From the human T2T-CHM13v2.0 reference genome, Homo sapiens, in the NCBI RefSeq assembly GCF_009914755.1, contig NC_060927.1: 64,000 bases of DNA; one strand, given 5' to 3'. Every line of letters starts with the position of its first letter. The first letter of the stretch is position 1. The notes beneath the pieces were generated by a model, which saw only the letters and a list, made by a program, of their open reading frames with translations, searched no databases and was not told the origin of the DNA. Shown piece after piece: positions 59,665 to 64,000 of the stretch. A program made the translations under genes and the position numbers.

Positions 59665-60385
59665 CCTCAGTGTTGCCTCTCAGTGTTGCCTCTTCTGTTT
59701 GACAGGCCCAGACCCCAACTAAGTTCTGAAAACTAGCTTCCTGCCCTACTCCATATCTGTCTCACCAGACGCGAGGCAGACCATTCCCTTCCATCAAAGC
59801 CTTTCAGAACCCCAGAATTAGCCAACTCATTCTCATCCTTGTTTAAAAAAGAGAAAAAGACAAAACATTTCCCCTTCCTCCTCTTCCAGACTATGGCCAG
59901 CCTCCCTTACATCCTTGTTTCTTGCTGAAACTTAACCCAGACTTGCAGTGGGGAACCTCTGACTTCCAATAAGGATATGCTCTGGCTCTGGCCCTAGAGC
60001 CCAATAAAAGGGACACATTGATAGACTTCTCAAGTCCCACGTCACTTGATCTTTTTCATGGTCCCTTTTTAACCTACGAAGTTTTCTATTTTCCAGAAAG
60101 TACACCTAACACACATGCCTTATGCATCTATGGTTATATTTTTACCCAGCAATGATTTTCCTTTAAACCATCAAAGCAGAGACTTATGCTAACTGTGGAG
60201 ACAATGAGAAAATGGTCCCTTCTACTCTGCAATTTAAATTTTTATTCTAGATAAACTGTTAATTTTTTTAACTTCTCATCTTTATAAGTAGCTTAAAACA
60301 AAAGAAGGTTAGTACAAATAAATATATAGAAACATAAACTGAGAAAATGAATGCTGGGCAATACATGATTTCATTCACCTGCTGC

Positions 60386-60747
<362 letters not shown>

Positions 60748-62434
60748 TGACATGCAATATAAATAAATATGAGATGCTCCCAGTTGATGCCTTCCGTTAG
60801 TACCTTAAACCTAAATACAATGACAAAGCCATCCGTCTCTGGGTTATAAATTCCGGAACCACAAAAGCACTAAGGTCCACCAAACATTCTACTTCATTAG
60901 GCAAATGCTTAAAATTCCAACATCAAGAGAAAATCGGGGTATCTTACAATTAATTCTACAATAAGTACTCTCCTGGGGAAAAAAATCGAAACAATATTAG
61001 GAAAATTGAAAGTATACATGGTCTGGGATAAGTTAATTACCTTATTTGAGTCTATGAGTTCATTGAGGGCAGAGCCTGTCCCCAGCACAAAACACAATAT
61101 AATTGTTAAATAAGCATTTGACAATTGACTAGCTGTTTGAATGAACCAATGAATTAATGAGTTAATGAATAACTTGCAAGTAATTCTCTTGGGGCTCAGC
61201 ACTCTGAATCTGGCCTAAAGATCCTGGACTGCAATCAAGTAGAAGTACATCAAGAAAAATAATCCTTTATTTTGAAAACTTTGCTGATACACCAAATCGA
61301 CATGAATTTCTAAGCTCCACAGGACAGTTACAGGACAAAAAATGAATCTAGAAATACTAGGGTATACCAAGATATCAACAGATCCTAAAGCAAGCCACTG
61401 GCAGGCGTCAGGATCAAGGGAAGGGCTAAAAGATGGAGAAAAGTTGGAGTCAACCCACTGGGCTGAAACAGTGCCTCCCTTGGGAAGAACAGTTAATCCA
61501 GACTGAGTTAGGCCTGCAGACACTGGTAATACCTTGCTGGATGATGCACACTACAGCGTGCTACAGAACTCTGTACTCTTGCTTTTCAGCAACTGTTTTT
61601 TGACTATTGTGGGAGGTGGAGAGAGAATACTGAAATGTCAAAGCTTCCAAGTGTCCAACAAGTACCCAGCTACCAAAGGGAGAAATTCTTCCAAGCGTTT
61701 GCATGGAGGTTCCAGCCAATAAGTATGAAGATCAAGATCCCTGGAAAATAATCAGACCCTTATGTCCCAAGTATCTCTAATATAAGAGTCACATCTGCAA
61801 ATGTTGCATGCTCATTAATTCTGACTTTAATGGAATTAATATCTTAGAATTGTCCCTAATCAAAACCTAAGCTTCAAGGTGAAGACATTTCAGATTCTGT
61901 TTAAAATCTGATCCTAACAATCCTCATAGTAGCAACTCTTGTTTGAACCTTGTATATTTCTCACAAAACCAGTAATAGAATAACTTCTATTCACAATTAT
62001 AATTTCTAATAACAAGGCCAGGTCTCTGAGTATTAATCTCGATGTTCTTTCCCTTCGTCCCCCAACCCCTCTCTCTAGGGCAATGATTTCCAACCTTGGC
62101 AGCACAGCAGTAACATCTGGAAAGTTGCCTCTAAAAAGTACTCATTTCTGGGTCCCACACACTGATCTTCTGGTTTAATTGGCCTACTGATGGAACACAT
62201 ATGTCAAAAAATGCTTAGGTGATTCTAATGTGCAACCAGAATTGAAAAGAAGTGGCCTAGGCCCATGTTCTCTCCCTGAGCACACAAAGAGCCTGAAACA
62301 AAAATTCAAAAGAAATGACCCATCTAAGAGCAAAACGAAGGCTTGGCTTTAGGACCAGCTTTTCCCTCCAGTGAGATGAAAGGCTAGGCTGGAGAAAAGA
62401 AGCAAGATGAGGACAAGAGTATGAGCAGTACAGG

Positions 62435-62802
62435 TGTATAAGTCCATTTTCACACTGCTATAAGGAACTATCTGAGACTGGGTAATTTATAAAGAAAGGA
62501 GGTTTAATTGACTCACAGCTCCACATGGCTGGAGAGGCTTCAGGAAACTTACAATCATGGCAGAAGGTGAAGGAGAAGCAAGCACCTTCTTCACAAGCCG
62601 GCAGGAGGGAGAGAGAACAAGCGGGGAAGTGCCGCACTTTAAAACCCTCAGATCTCGTGAGAACTCACTCACTATCATGAGAACAGCAAGTGGGAAGTCC
62701 ATCCCCATGATCCGATCACCTCTCACCAAGTCCCTTCCTCAATACATGAGGATCACAATTTGAGATGAGTTTTGGGTGGGGACACAGAACCAAACCATAT
62801 CA
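62435..62802 (-). mobile_element. MaLR solo LTR (THE1D/MSTA-like)
   Basis: TGTATAAGTCCATTTTCACACTGCT...CCAAACCATATCA. Confidence 0.9.
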
Positions 62803-64000
62803 ATAGAACATCCTTGAAGTGGGAAGAAGAAGGGGAGCTTCTGTTGCAGAGGACCTAAAAGAGGTATGGAGGGTCTTCCAAGGCCAGCCTGGCCTTCAGC
62901 GTGGACACTTCTCTCCTATCATCCCCCATGTACCACTGGGGATCAACTTGGCCCAAGGGCACCAGATGCTCATAAGCTCTCCAGGCAGCAAATACTCTGT
63001 GTTAAGATGTGGGCATGAGGGGATAACCCAGTTCTGACTAAAGTGGAACTTGAGAGGACTGGTGAGAAATTTCCCTGTGGGATCACTCTGGCTTGTTATA
63101 TTTCTTTGTTTGTATCAATTACCCTCACTGCCCTAACCTTAAAGGGAGCTTCACAGGGAGGATAAACCATTTTCAGCATCCACAACCTCCATATTATTTC
63201 AAGGATTTATATCCCATATTCTTCCCCCAACCAAATATGTTGTTTAGTGATTGAGTCTGTTTGAAAAAAAGAAAACTAGACATGCTTAATCATATGGTTT
63301 TATACTGTAGCTACTAATGTCAGAACAGAATTTTAGATTACCATGGATTAATTAGTTCAGGCCCATTGCAACCCAGGGATATTTTTGCAACATCTAATCC
63401 ATTTCTAAAACTGTGTTGAACTCTGAGTCAAGTTTCAGATACTGAAAGACTCTATTTCATTATTTTAAATAGGAAAAGAATGTATTCCCAACCCATCCAA
63501 AATCCCTGACATATTGCCCCAAATATCGCTAAAACCCTTGAACACCTATAAACAGTCCACCAAAGATTTCTACAGAATGCAAACATTTAAAACACCAATT
63601 ACTGAATTATTGAACACTTACTGAACTCATTAGTGAGTACGTTTGTGTATAATACTCAATGGTTCTAAACAATATTAGATGTAAAATACATATTTTTTCT
63701 AGTCTGCCACAAACATGTATTTACTATATGTAAATAAGCAATATAATAAAGATACTAAAAAATACCAGAGCTACTATCTAAATTGGATGAAGTTGGGGTA
63801 GTTTGGGGAAGGGCATGGGAGGTGCCAGGGGAAAGGGAAGGTAGTAAAGGGCACAATATCAAGCAAAGCTCCACAGAGGGTAACTTGGAGTCAACGCCAC
63901 AGGGACATTCAGAGATCATGTGGGTCATACTTCAGAGGTGCTCCAACAGAGAGTAAGGAGACTGAAGTATTTTCCCACCCCACCTATCCATCCTTGGTTA

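Overview
Repeat-dense, gene-poor primate genomic DNA; the L1PA2-type 3' ends suggest a great ape or human. I find no intact protein-coding gene, RNA gene or CpG island, and the long ORFs are LINE-1, MaLR, ERV or Alu remnants. The window holds a MER4-group ERV1 provirus on the minus strand (1-3479, running off the left edge), old L1M fragments, a two-LTR MST element and a near-full-length dead L1PA7-like element. It also has several ERV1 solo LTRs, two 5'-inverted (twin-primed) L1s, a THE1C element carrying a nested MLT2A LTR, about a dozen Alus/monomers, and L2, MIR and hAT fossils. Two structures stand out. (1) Directly after the gag zinc knuckle, the ERV carries an intronless, co-oriented, internally deleted piece of RRBP1 (p180 ribosome receptor) coding sequence where pro/pol should be, with no poly(A) or TSD. 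This looks like retroviral capture of a host mRNA. (2) One 16-bp TSD encloses an inverted L1 segment, an L1 3' end, a doubly polyadenylated 72-bp transduction tag and a second L1 3' end. Subfamily names and the RRBP1 match come from recalled consensus and protein sequences and need database confirmation. Boundaries of old repeats are approximate.
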